Shown here piece by piece: positions 1 through 9,161 of a stretch of DNA of 32,000 bases. Numbering within the stretch: the first letter of the stretch is position 1; every line of letters starts with the position of its first letter. A model generated the notes under the pieces. That model did no database searches, was not told the origin of the DNA, and saw only the letters and a program-made list of their open reading frames with translations. A program made the position numbers and the translations under genes. Source of the stretch: Pseudoalteromonas tetraodonis (GTDB lineage: Bacteria; Pseudomonadota; Gammaproteobacteria; Enterobacterales; Alteromonadaceae); contig NZ_CP011041.1 of the NCBI RefSeq assembly GCF_002310835.1, forward strand, positions 1,320,001 to 1,352,000, given 5' to 3'.

Positions 1-1873
1 TTATTCTAGAATCAGGATTTCCAACTTGTTCTGATTGTGACAATAGCTTAATTACATTTTGTTTTAAGCTATTCTTTTTTGAGTCTATTACTTGTTCCGG
101 GGAAACATCAAAGGCCGCTAGCTTACCATCATTATTACTACTATTAGCTAGAGAAATTAATATGGGTGAAACTCCTATTGGTGTTTCAAATGACTTGTCT
201 CCTAGCCAAGCTAAAACGTCGATACTCACCTGATTTAGTAATTGATTTCTAAAATCAGTGTAACTAGTTAAGAATAACCAATTTTGAGGTAAAACTAGAG
301 AAACGACTCCATTACTTTTTGAAAACTTAAGGCAACGCGAAATAAAAACAGTCTCTAACGCACTTTTTTCTTTTTTGTAATATTTTTCGATAAAGTCTTG
401 AAGAAATTGACAAAGCTCTCCTTTAGTTTTGTAGGGAGGGTTTGTTGATATTAAATCATAAGCCTTTGTTAGTACTTCTGCGGCTTTAATTAGCCCATTC
501 GCAGTTGCTTTAGCATCATTACTGACTTTGGTGTGGTTAGTGACTGCTGCTTGTAGTAAAGACCACGGTTGTGTACTTTCATTTTCCGAAGTTGGTTTTG
601 GTTTTATCAAACTACCAAGGCTAGGCGCATTTTTAAATGTTTCTTGCATCCAATTAATAGCACTTTTAAGCTCATCATTGTCTTTCGCTACGTCTTTCCA
701 TTCTTTTTGGGCTTCACTAATAGACAAACCTGAACAAGCAACTTGTAACTCAGGCAATTGACGGTAACCACCAGAATTAGGATAACGCCAAGCTTCAAGC
801 GCTAAAGCAAATGCCGCTAATTCTACACAGCGTTGGTCGAGTTCTAAACCATGAATATTTTGAGCTAGTACTTTATCAATTGCTTCTTTTGCAGTTAGCT
901 TCTCTAGCTCCATTCGTATTGGCACTAGCATTAAGAATTTGGCTACTAAAAAGTGGCCTGAACCACAACAGGGATCGAGAGCTTTAAATTCACTTAAATT
1001 ATCTGGCCATTTATCAAAATCACCTGCGGCACAACGCCATACTTTTGATTTTTCATCTTGAACAAAACGTAAATACTCAAGTGGTACGCCGGGAATAGAG
1101 GCTAGATCTCGCAGCTCTTGCTCGCTAGATGCAGTCGCTAGGTCATCTTGTGTTAAGCGTCGTTTAGCCCACCATGCGCCAAGGGCGTTGTCGAGTAAAA
1201 AGCTCACCATATAAGGTTCGGTGAATAGCTGCGTCACCGGGCTTAGTTCTTTAGCGCCAATTTTTACGCCAGATTCGTTAACTTGTTTTTTCTTTTTGTT
1301 TTGCCAAAATTGATAACACCAACCAAGTGCGTCTGATGCTTGAAAGGTATCAGGGTGCAAGTTTGCAATGAGTTCTTCTAACGCTTGAACATGGTTTATC
1401 GAAAGTTTAACGTCGAACACAGGCGAATCAGCTCGGAATATTTGCGGCAACATCTCTTGCGCTAATTGACCGGCTAATTCCCATCCGTCTTTAATATCTG
1501 GCTCTTCTTCAGCAAGTTCAAAGCACTCTTTTAGGGTGACTTGGGTGTATTGGTCATACATTAACAGGTCACTTTGTTCTAAAAAACGCGCAAACAACAT
1601 ACGGTGCCAATGTTCGTAGGCCATTTCGTTAACAAGCAATTCTGTTTCTTGTTTGCCTGTATCACGATTTAACACATCACCTAATTGACGGCCGTGGGCA
1701 CGTAAACGTGTTCTAAGCTTTCGTTCTGCATCGCTTAAATAGTTCGGTGCATTGCCCTCGCCAATACCTAGACGAGTAAGCGCCTCGGTAACCGCGACTT
1801 CAACAATGTCACGGGCTTTTTCTACTGTTTTTTCAAGCTTGCCGCGTAATGTTTTATCTAATGGTGTTCTCAT
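1..1873 (-). CDS. pglX: BREX type 1 adenine-specific DNA methyltransferase PglX, N-terminal ~624 codons; the gene continues past the left edge of the window
   Basis: The minus-strand frame is open from position 1 to the ATG at 1873-1871. My translation begins MRTPLDKTLRGKLEKTVEKARDIVEVAVTEALTRLG...EMAYEHWHRMLFARFLEQ. An in-frame NPPY motif (aaccctccctac on the minus strand, 431-442, about residue 478) matches motif IV of N6-adenine methyltransferases. The gene sits 23 nt downstream of brxC, as in canonical type 1 BREX order. It is absent from the ORF track only because it is truncated. Confidence 0.85.
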   Translation of the reverse strand, partial: MRTPLDKTLRGKLEKTVEKARDIVEVAVTEALTRLGIGEGNAPNYLSDAERKLRTRLRAHGRQLGDVLNRDTGKQETELLVNEMAYEHWHRMLFARFLEQSDLLMYDQYTQVTLKECFELAEEEPDIKDGWELAGQLAQEMLPQIFRADSPVFDVKLSINHVQALEELIANLHPDTFQASDALGWCYQFWQNKKKKQVNESGVKIGAKELSPVTQLFTEPYMVSFLLDNALGAWWAKRRLTQDDLATASSEQELRDLASIPGVPLEYLRFVQDEKSKVWRCAAGDFDKWPDNLSEFKALDPCCGSGHFLVAKFLMLVPIRMELEKLTAKEAIDKVLAQNIHGLELDQRCVELAAFALALEAWRYPNSGGYRQLPELQVACSGLSISEAQKEWKDVAKDNDELKSAINWMQETFKNAPSLGSLIKPKPTSENESTQPWSLLQAAVTNHTKVSNDAKATANGLIKAAEVLTKAYDLISTNPPYKTKGELCQFLQDFIEKYYKKEKSALETVFISRCLKFSKSNGVVSLVLPQNWLFLTSYTDFRNQLLNQVSIDVLAWLGDKSFETPIGVSPILISLANSSNNDGKLAAFDVSPEQVIDSKKNSLKQNVIKLLSQSEQVGNPDSRI

Positions 1874-1896
1874 TTTTTATTCCTTTAGCAAACTTA

Positions 1897-4800
1897 TTAG
1901 CTAGGTACCACAGGGCCATTGGCTAACTCTGAACGAAGTTGTGCTTCAACGTCTGTTAGCCAAGCTTTAAGATCGTCTTCTGATTCGATCATAGGCTTAT
2001 TTAAGCGGATATGTTTCACTTTTGGTGCTAGTTCGCTAATGGCATCTTTAAGGGCTCCATCAAAACGACCTGGCAGCGCCGAAATTCGGTCATTCCACTG
2101 CTCAAAACTTGTTGCTTCTATAGCGTCGTATACTGCGGCTGGTGAAGATAAGTTAATAGATGGGATTGAACTTAGACTACGCTTTTCTAGTAGTGCTTGT
2201 TTCTTAGCATCGTCTAATTTAGCCCAATTAGTATCGTCTATTAAGTCGCGATGACATGCATTGAACTCGTCTTCATATTCAGAGAGTTTTGCAGTGATGG
2301 CATCACGTAATGCCGATTCTGCTTGTTTTAGTAGTGGGCTAATAGGGTTAGGCTCAGCTAACAAACTACGATTGCTTTCAATGGAGTCCATTTGTTCAGT
2401 AATAGCACTATATATTGCTAAATCTTTGCATAAACGAGAAACTGTTTTCAGCTCATTCCACTGGTTAACTCGGTGTTTAGCTAGATCTGCTTGTTCTTGC
2501 CATTCTATAAATTGACTTTGGATTTCGTCTTTTGCTTCATAAGCTTGTTGTAACTGTTCGTTACCATCGTACATTTCTAAATTGGTAAGAATTGTGGTGC
2601 TGGGTGCTAATGGTAATGGTGCTTCACCACCAGCACTACGCGCAACGTTTTTAGCGTTGGTTATCGCCTGCGATAATTTACTTTGCTCTTCATTAGCGCC
2701 ACAATTTTGCCCTTCTGGTAATAACGCGTTTATTAAGCCACGTACTTTAATGATTTGTAATTTTGATAACGTTACATTTTCAGGGCGGAACTTAGTTTGA
2801 GTAACTGAAGATCTATCTAAACTTTTGGCATCAACAGGGCGTTCTTGTCCATCTTTTGCATTGAGCACGCCGGCAGCGACCATGGCAAATAGGGCGCCTT
2901 CAATGGTGTCTTTACCCCAGCCGTAAGGTGCATCTTTAAAGTTGTCGATAATTTCTTTACCTGTTTTTACTAAACCAATAAAGCGTTTAATTTCAGAGCA
3001 TACAGGGTGTTTATCTGCTTCATCATTATGGTCAATTGCCTCTAATGCATTAGGGTCACCTTGAGTGCTGGCGCGATTGTAAACTTTAGCCCAACCTTTG
3101 TTGTCAGCCATTTTAAATTTACTATATAGACGCTGACTTGCTAGTTTACCTGCATTTTGAATTTGCTCTGCTAGGTTTTCGCCTTCAACCTCTTGACCTC
3201 CAGCGAGTTTTACCTGAATTTGGCTAAAGATATCTTTTAGGATGGCCTTTTTTGCACGATCAGCTTCTTTGAATCGATACTCCATTGCAGCATAGGCTTC
3301 TTTACCTGCATCGGTTTTAGCGGTACCTCGTACATCTATCGTGGTTTCTGCAGCTTTTAGTTCGACAATCGCTTTACGTAATTCATCACGTTGAGATGTG
3401 GGTACGTATATGTAAATAGTTGCTGTATCAGGGTTTGCGCCTCGAGCAAGATCGTTAAATTGTTTTTCAGATACTTCTGGTGACCAAGCATATAACTTTT
3501 TATCTGCTTCAATCGGTAACTCTGAGCCAAACTCAACGTTTATTAATCTTGGTTCAGCAACATCTCCCTGTGTGATTCTGGCAGATAATACCTGTTTACG
3601 AACAAATTGTTGAATCTCCTGAGAGCGAAATACTTCTAAACGTTGTGGGTTGCTTTTTAATTCGCTTTCTTGCTGACGATACATATCGTACCATTGTTGG
3701 CTTTCTACTGTTTGCAGGCGGTACTCTTCCCCTGCATTTGTTTGCATTGGCATTACCAAACCATCGTCAACCAGCTGAGCTAATAGCTTGGGTACTTTAG
3801 CTCGTAGTTCGTGTTTGCCTTCAAGCAGGTTTTCAAGTAGTAAATCAGATAGGGTATCTGCTGTTGCAGCTATGCCGTATTCTATATCGTTAGGTAGTTT
3901 GCTTATAAGTAGTATAAGCGCAAGAATACGTGCTTGTAATCTTTGGTCACTATCACCCCCTTTTAAGCGACTGATGGTTTCGTAAATGTCTTTACCTATC
4001 GCACCACTATTTAGGAGTTTAGTGGCTATTTGATCGTATATATAGTCGGCAGGAACAACATAACCAAGAGGGCACTTTGCGGTTTCCTTTATTGCCTCGT
4101 GAACTACGCGTAGCTGGTTACGTAGCTGTGAGCCTGTGCCTGTTTTATCTAGTGCTGGTAGAACTCGCTCCCAAAAACGGCGACGCACTGGTAGTAACGG
4201 GTAATCTGCCACCATCCATTTTTCGTCATCTTTATTGTGCTCAATAATACTGCCACGTAAATGGCGTGAAATTTCACCTAATTCATTATCAATAATATTC
4301 TGGATTTTTGGGCGAACTGTTTCTTTCTTTTGAAGAATTACCTTACGGATAACTGAGTCTACGTCCGTATCCTCTAATTGAACGTTAACTTGAAAACGTC
4401 CCATTAACCTATGTAAGTTTTCTGTTCCTGATAGAGCACTTTGGCCTGTACCAATAAATAATAACTTGGAGTTTAAGCGGCCATCGTCACCACAGGTTTC
4501 AACTAATTCTTGAACGTCCATTGCCGTTTCAATACTGTCGCCGATATATTGTTGTACTTCATCAAGAACGACAAGTGTTAATGGCAACTCACCATCAATT
4601 GCAAGAGCATCCATAATCGCAGTAACCATTTCTTCGTTACTAATATCCGTCACGACTTGATACTGTGAACGTATCATATCTCTTACTTCTTTGGCATCAT
4701 TAGCGAAACCAGGGAGGGTGCTGAGCAAGGCATTACCAATAACAGGTGAAACATGAAGATTTTTTAACTCATACTCCCAAGCGTTTCGGCCTTCCTTTTG

Positions 4801-5376
4801 TTTAGAGTTTAGATTGATATAATCTTTTACCTCATCTAGTATACCTTCTGCTTTTAGCCACATAACAAATTTAGCTAAATGGTATTGCTCTGGTAATCCT
4901 GCAGATCTAAAAATAATACTTAAAAATGATAACCTAACTCTTTTACCCGCTCCAGCACCCAGTGTACCTGATGCTGCATGTAAACCATTATATTGAGCCC
5001 CAAGTTTAGAAAGCAGCTCAAATTCTTCTAAAATATCAGTAGGCAATTCAACTAAGCTACGGGCATAACTACCATCATTCAGTTTTTGATTAGTCCATAA
5101 AGCACGGATCATTTTAGCTAAATGTGATTTACCAGAGCCAAAAAAACCACTAATCCATACACCAGCCTGCTTTTTATTTTTTTCTACACTTGTGTTATAA
5201 GATCCAAGTATCTTTTTTAAGCCTATGGCATAAGCACCATCACACACGAATGTCCGTAATTCGTATTCTAGGATATCTAGTTCTAATTTAGAAAGGTCAT
5301 CCTTAACAGTTGCAACCCCTTCGTTTGCAAGACTACGTACTGTAGGGTCGTTTAAGTATACTTCACGATTTAACAT
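1897..5376 (-). CDS. brxC: BREX system P-loop ATPase BrxC/PglY
   Basis: 1159 aa. It has a Walker A motif GFFGSGKSHLAKM near residue 80 and a Walker B-like VVLDEVQQY. Its size and its position between brxB and pglX are typical of BrxC. Confidence 0.9.
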   Translation of the reverse strand: MLNREVYLNDPTVRSLANEGVATVKDDLSKLELDILEYELRTFVCDGAYAIGLKKILGSYNTSVEKNKKQAGVWISGFFGSGKSHLAKMIRALWTNQKLNDGSYARSLVELPTDILEEFELLSKLGAQYNGLHAASGTLGAGAGKRVRLSFLSIIFRSAGLPEQYHLAKFVMWLKAEGILDEVKDYINLNSKQKEGRNAWEYELKNLHVSPVIGNALLSTLPGFANDAKEVRDMIRSQYQVVTDISNEEMVTAIMDALAIDGELPLTLVVLDEVQQYIGDSIETAMDVQELVETCGDDGRLNSKLLFIGTGQSALSGTENLHRLMGRFQVNVQLEDTDVDSVIRKVILQKKETVRPKIQNIIDNELGEISRHLRGSIIEHNKDDEKWMVADYPLLPVRRRFWERVLPALDKTGTGSQLRNQLRVVHEAIKETAKCPLGYVVPADYIYDQIATKLLNSGAIGKDIYETISRLKGGDSDQRLQARILALILLISKLPNDIEYGIAATADTLSDLLLENLLEGKHELRAKVPKLLAQLVDDGLVMPMQTNAGEEYRLQTVESQQWYDMYRQQESELKSNPQRLEVFRSQEIQQFVRKQVLSARITQGDVAEPRLINVEFGSELPIEADKKLYAWSPEVSEKQFNDLARGANPDTATIYIYVPTSQRDELRKAIVELKAAETTIDVRGTAKTDAGKEAYAAMEYRFKEADRAKKAILKDIFSQIQVKLAGGQEVEGENLAEQIQNAGKLASQRLYSKFKMADNKGWAKVYNRASTQGDPNALEAIDHNDEADKHPVCSEIKRFIGLVKTGKEIIDNFKDAPYGWGKDTIEGALFAMVAAGVLNAKDGQERPVDAKSLDRSSVTQTKFRPENVTLSKLQIIKVRGLINALLPEGQNCGANEEQSKLSQAITNAKNVARSAGGEAPLPLAPSTTILTNLEMYDGNEQLQQAYEAKDEIQSQFIEWQEQADLAKHRVNQWNELKTVSRLCKDLAIYSAITEQMDSIESNRSLLAEPNPISPLLKQAESALRDAITAKLSEYEDEFNACHRDLIDDTNWAKLDDAKKQALLEKRSLSSIPSINLSSPAAVYDAIEATSFEQWNDRISALPGRFDGALKDAISELAPKVKHIRLNKPMIESEDDLKAWLTDVEAQLRSELANGPVVPS

Positions 5377-5386
5377 TCACTCATCC

Positions 5387-5932
5387 TTATGACATTGCTG
5401 TGATGGCTGTGGCGTGGTAACCCCACCCATCTCGGGCATCTAAAATTTTAAAATTATTATTTTGATATTCACCTGGGAAAAAGACGATTAGCCGACCTTT
5501 TACTTCTTTTGCTATTTGCTCTACCAAGCCTGATACAGACGTAAACCCAAACAAAGTTCCACAACCAAGTAGAGCTACTACTGTGTTTTCATTTTGTTTT
5601 TCAGTATATTCTGACTTTAATTTAATAATTAGCTCTTCAGTAAAGTCTTCGTACAATCCAACTAAGTATTCTGGATCTTCGAAATAGGTTTCTTTATAGT
5701 CTTGCTCTGCCATCCAGTTTTCAAAGCTGTTAGTAATATCGAGTTGCAGCCAAGGGTGCCCACTTTGTGTTGCACTGGCTTCAAACTCGTCAATTCGAGC
5801 TCTTAGCTTTAATTCGTCTTCTTTGTTGTAAACAACAAAGATAGTACGTTCATCAGGTGAAACTGCTTTAGGCCAGGGAATGCTTATATGGCTGTCAAAG
5901 CTTTGCAATAATTTTGATAATCGGTCTGACAT
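5387..5932 (-). CDS. brxB: BREX protein BrxB (DUF1788 family)
   Basis: 181 aa. Its start codon directly abuts the brxA stop codon (5933-5935). Size, position and N-terminal sequence (SIPWPKAVSPDERTIFVVYNKEDELKLRARI) fit BrxB as I remember the family. Confidence 0.8.
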   Translation of the reverse strand: MSDRLSKLLQSFDSHISIPWPKAVSPDERTIFVVYNKEDELKLRARIDEFEASATQSGHPWLQLDITNSFENWMAEQDYKETYFEDPEYLVGLYEDFTEELIIKLKSEYTEKQNENTVVALLGCGTLFGFTSVSGLVEQIAKEVKGRLIVFFPGEYQNNNFKILDARDGWGYHATAITAMS

Positions 5933-6712
5933 TTAACCTTGCTCCTCGGCATTTGGAAGTTCTATATTCGGAAAGGTAACTTCTATCACTTCACTAATCT
6001 GTTTAAAGTTTATTAAACCTCTTAGTGACGCTCTGTGAGCTAACTCAAATAAATGCTCTTTATCTTGCGATAACATTTTGCACCAAAAGCTGTCGAAAAG
6101 TCGTTGGCCAGATAAACCATGGCAATGGGCTAAAAATAATGCATATGCGATATTTACATAGGTCGCTTTAGGCTGAGAGCGGTATTTTTTAGTTTTACCT
6201 TCAAGATAATTTGCTTGAGTCCATGTGCCATTAATATTTTGTGCAAATGACTTAAGTGATGCAGCACTAAAACGTTCTGGGTCGTCTTTAGCTAAATGTT
6301 GCTCGACTGTTTCTCTTGGCAAGTGTTCGCCTAATTGTAGTGACAGTATTACGCTAGCTGAATTTCTTAAAATAGGATCTCTTGCTACCGCTAATTGCAG
6401 TGCTAACATTGGCTGAGCATCTTCTGATAGTTCCCACCACTGACGGAAAACATTAAATAAAGGAATATCCATAGACATGCCATATAGATCTACAAGATGT
6501 CTAAAGGTTAATGAACGTGATTTTTCGGTTGGCTTATGCAGTATATTAAAGTTGATGATATCGTCTTCATAATTTTTTTTTGTTGCGCTTTCATCACGAG
6601 CGAAAAGAAGCTCTTTGAGCTCTTCAATCATCATACTTCTAGCTGAGTGAGCGCCATTTTTGCCAAATTTGAAGCCTATTTGGCTTAGTGTGTTTTCTTC
6701 AACCATGTTCAT
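5933..6712 (-). CDS. brxA: BREX protein BrxA (DUF1819 family)
   Basis: 259 aa and first structural gene of the operon. Its start overlaps the brxR stop by 4 nt (ATGA at 6709-6712). The call rests on position and length; the family name is from operon context rather than a motif I can verify. Confidence 0.7.
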   Translation of the reverse strand: MNMVEENTLSQIGFKFGKNGAHSARSMMIEELKELLFARDESATKKNYEDDIINFNILHKPTEKSRSLTFRHLVDLYGMSMDIPLFNVFRQWWELSEDAQPMLALQLAVARDPILRNSASVILSLQLGEHLPRETVEQHLAKDDPERFSAASLKSFAQNINGTWTQANYLEGKTKKYRSQPKATYVNIAYALFLAHCHGLSGQRLFDSFWCKMLSQDKEHLFELAHRASLRGLINFKQISEVIEVTFPNIELPNAEEQG

Positions 6713-7584
6713 TCCTGATAGCCTGAGGCTATCTCAATATCTTTAAGATTAAGTTGTGATTTATTGCTTAAATGCAGCTGGTAAATATTGCAGTTTAATG
6801 TGCCGTGGTTAGAACAGTCTACGTTCCATTGCCTAAGTAAATAACCCAATAGAGCGGCTCTTATTTCTAATTTTAATTGCCCATTCTCCATCGCGTAATC
6901 AAGCTCTATAGCTTTTGGGTATTTTAGCTTTGGATGCGGGGTTAAAATTATATCGTAAATGGTGTGCCATTGGGTGTCTTTATCTGCGGATTCTTCAGGT
7001 TTTATGTTAGGTTGCTGTATTTTTGGGCATTCAATGCGGGTAGTTACAAAGTCTCTAAATTGTTGCTTGGTTCTATCAAAAGCGCGTACATGCCAGCGAG
7101 CACCATTATTTACAATAGAGTGGGGTACTAATACCTTTGAAGTAGTACCTGAAGTTAGTGACGTATATTGGCACTCTATAGTGAGCTTAGACGTAATAGC
7201 ACGCATAAGAGTCGCGATTACTTCACTATTTGGGTGTATTAAGCGCGTTGCATCTTGGCAGTAGCTACTTGGCTGAACGCCACTAGACAGGCCATCACCA
7301 AAACCACGGCATAAAGCGCTGAGAATACTCTCAGCATTATGTTCGAACAAAGGTTTAAAGCTTTCTAAGCGGTGGTAACTTTTGGTTGTATGGCTTAATA
7401 CTAGATTTTGCGGTGCAAGTTCTTTATATGATGAAAAGTCACGAGTGCACGCGGCTAAGCCAGTTTTAAAACGCTGAATTAAATCAGCTCTTGCGACTTG
7501 GCCAAAGTACTGCAGATTAAAATCTATGAACGCTAAGCGTTCCCTCTGCGCATGTGTGAGTGCATCCAATGCGGTATTAGTCAT
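6709..7584 (-). CDS. brxR: WYL-domain transcriptional regulator, BrxR-like
   Basis: 291 aa. The N-terminus has a wHTH-like segment (THAQRERLAFIDFNLQYFGQVARADLIQRF). The centre has a WYL-type motif (GARWHVRAFDRTKQQFRDFVTTRI). It lies immediately upstream of brxA and is translationally coupled to it. Confidence 0.75.
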   Translation of the reverse strand: MTNTALDALTHAQRERLAFIDFNLQYFGQVARADLIQRFKTGLAACTRDFSSYKELAPQNLVLSHTTKSYHRLESFKPLFEHNAESILSALCRGFGDGLSSGVQPSSYCQDATRLIHPNSEVIATLMRAITSKLTIECQYTSLTSGTTSKVLVPHSIVNNGARWHVRAFDRTKQQFRDFVTTRIECPKIQQPNIKPEESADKDTQWHTIYDIILTPHPKLKYPKAIELDYAMENGQLKLEIRAALLGYLLRQWNVDCSNHGTLNCNIYQLHLSNKSQLNLKDIEIASGYQE

Positions 7585-7612
7585 AAATATACTAAATCAT
7601 TATTTTGTAGTA

Positions 7613-7640
7613 ACTATATCAGGCAAATGAAAAGATGCAA
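7613..7640 (-). promoter_or_regulatory. Putative sigma70-type promoter for brxR and the BREX operon
   Basis: On the minus strand: TTGCAT (7640-7635), a 16-nt spacer, then TATAGT (7618-7613), about 30 nt upstream of the brxR ATG. Two direct GTTAAT repeats 11 bp apart (7650-7655 and 7661-7666 on the plus strand) lie just upstream of the -35 element. Confidence 0.3.
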
Positions 7641-7690
7641 TCAAAATGAGTTAATGCCCGGTTAATAATAGATATGCTTTTAACACGACT

Positions 7691-9088
7691 TTAAATTTCT
7701 AGGTCACTAATAACCTTCATTTCATTAATTATACTGCTCCTTAAGCTCAAGCAAACTGTTTCAGAGTAACCGTCTGGCATTATATCTCTACTCAAAACTG
7801 GTAGTTTATTCAATGATTTAAATTTTTTTATAAGCTTACTCTCGAATTGGTAGATTAAATTTCCGTCATCATGATAAATATAATTAATAAGTATATGCTT
7901 TAGTAAAGTTTGTTTAGATTGTTGCTGCATTCTTGCAACCGGCTCTCTATTTGTAATACCTAGCTTTAAAGCAATAAGTTTATTTTTGCTGTAAAGTTCT
8001 TGTAGGTAAAAGTAAGCAGGTTTAGAGCGGTTAAAGCCACTTTCAGCACAATGTGGGCAAGCTGTTCCAGAAAAAATACAGTCAGGGTTAGTTTCCCATG
8101 TAAACGCTTCATCTTTTAAACACTGTAATAATATTCTACTTTTTACACCTCTTTCGAAGTTAGTAACAGGGCCAAGAAGCTTGAACTTGTCTTTCCCTAT
8201 CTCATTAATGCGATCAATTATTTCATCTATAGTGTAAACATATGAATTTGTGCATTTAGGGCATTGGCCACCTCTAAGTATGTTGTTTACAGATGGCGTC
8301 CAAGGGTTTCTAAATAAATGCCCATAACCATGAGTAGGGCACAATAGAACTACTTTTGTATGTTTAGACTTTTTCTTATCGTCAAATAGTAGCACTTTAT
8401 AATTTGTCTTTTTTTCTATTTGACTCTTATATTCATCTAGCGAAAAATTATACAAATTAGCGCATTTAGGGCAGCCATTCCCTCTGGTAATATCTTCGAA
8501 TCGGGGAACCCAAGGTGTTGCAAATTCATCACTTGGTCCGTGCTCTGCGCAACTGACAGCTATTCTGGTGTTTTTACCTTTGAAATCGGACTTTAAGCGA
8601 ATAAATTTGTATTTTGTATCGTTAACTAATTCTATCCACTCATCAATGGTTCGCTTATAAGTGCCCTTACATTTTGGACAGCCTCTATTGCGAATGATAT
8701 TAACTGCAGTGGGTTCCCATTTATTTGCATAAAGTTGACCTTCACCATGAATTTTACAAATTAGATTGAGCTTAGTTGAAGAGCCTTTAAATTCTCCAAT
8801 GAAGTTTTTAAACTTGAATCCTTTATCTTCGATAAGCTTTATCCATTCATCAGATGTATATATGTACTTGCCAGCACATTTTGGGCAGCCATAGCCATTT
8901 ATTATAGAAGAGGCAAGCGGTACCCATCTATTGCCAAACTTTGAGCCATCGCCATGCGTCGGGCATTTTAAAATAACTCGGTCATTTGATATTAATCTAT
9001 CGCTCATATAGTCTATAAGCTCAAATCTATCTTCAATTGCTTTGGTAAGTTGTCTATATTTTTCAACTCGTTTATCAGTTTTATTCAT
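7691..9088 (-). CDS. Protein with five tandem zinc-ribbon (CxxH-N22-CxxC) modules and a C-terminal GIY-YIG/T5orf172-like putative nuclease domain
   Basis: 465 aa. The metal-ligand pattern repeats every 69-70 aa: C42/H45/C68/C71, C111/H114/C137/C140, C180/H183/C206/C209 and C250/H253/C276/C279. A fifth copy is degenerate (C323...C344/C347). Each module carries a conserved W-x-P and G-CPKC. The tail KPAYFYLQELY...ALKLGITNREPVARMQQQ resembles the GIY...YIG...R core. The gene is visibly AT-rich compared with the BREX genes. Confidence 0.6.
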   Translation of the reverse strand: MNKTDKRVEKYRQLTKAIEDRFELIDYMSDRLISNDRVILKCPTHGDGSKFGNRWVPLASSIINGYGCPKCAGKYIYTSDEWIKLIEDKGFKFKNFIGEFKGSSTKLNLICKIHGEGQLYANKWEPTAVNIIRNRGCPKCKGTYKRTIDEWIELVNDTKYKFIRLKSDFKGKNTRIAVSCAEHGPSDEFATPWVPRFEDITRGNGCPKCANLYNFSLDEYKSQIEKKTNYKVLLFDDKKKSKHTKVVLLCPTHGYGHLFRNPWTPSVNNILRGGQCPKCTNSYVYTIDEIIDRINEIGKDKFKLLGPVTNFERGVKSRILLQCLKDEAFTWETNPDCIFSGTACPHCAESGFNRSKPAYFYLQELYSKNKLIALKLGITNREPVARMQQQSKQTLLKHILINYIYHDDGNLIYQFESKLIKKFKSLNKLPVLSRDIMPDGYSETVCLSLRSSIINEMKVISDLEI

Positions 9089-9161
9089 TATGTTCAGCCA
9101 TATAAGTCCTTTTAATAAGGCTAACTTACTGCTAAATCATGATTAAATCTACATTTGTTAG

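Noticed and set aside
528-761. Plus-strand 77-aa ORF in the first 2 kb, the only track ORF in that region.
   Set aside because: The minus strand here carries an uninterrupted frame with the PglX N-terminus and an NPPY motif. The plus-strand ORF is an antisense artefact. The real gene is missing from the track only because it is truncated by the window edge.
1919-3985. Plus-strand ORFs of 65-111 aa (1919..2254, 2261..2515, 2582..2800, 3788..3985) antisense to brxC.
   Set aside because: They lie entirely inside the well-supported 1159-aa BrxC reading frame. Their Ser/Ala/Leu-rich, low-complexity translations are typical of antisense frames. I see no ribosome-binding sites or recognisable motifs.
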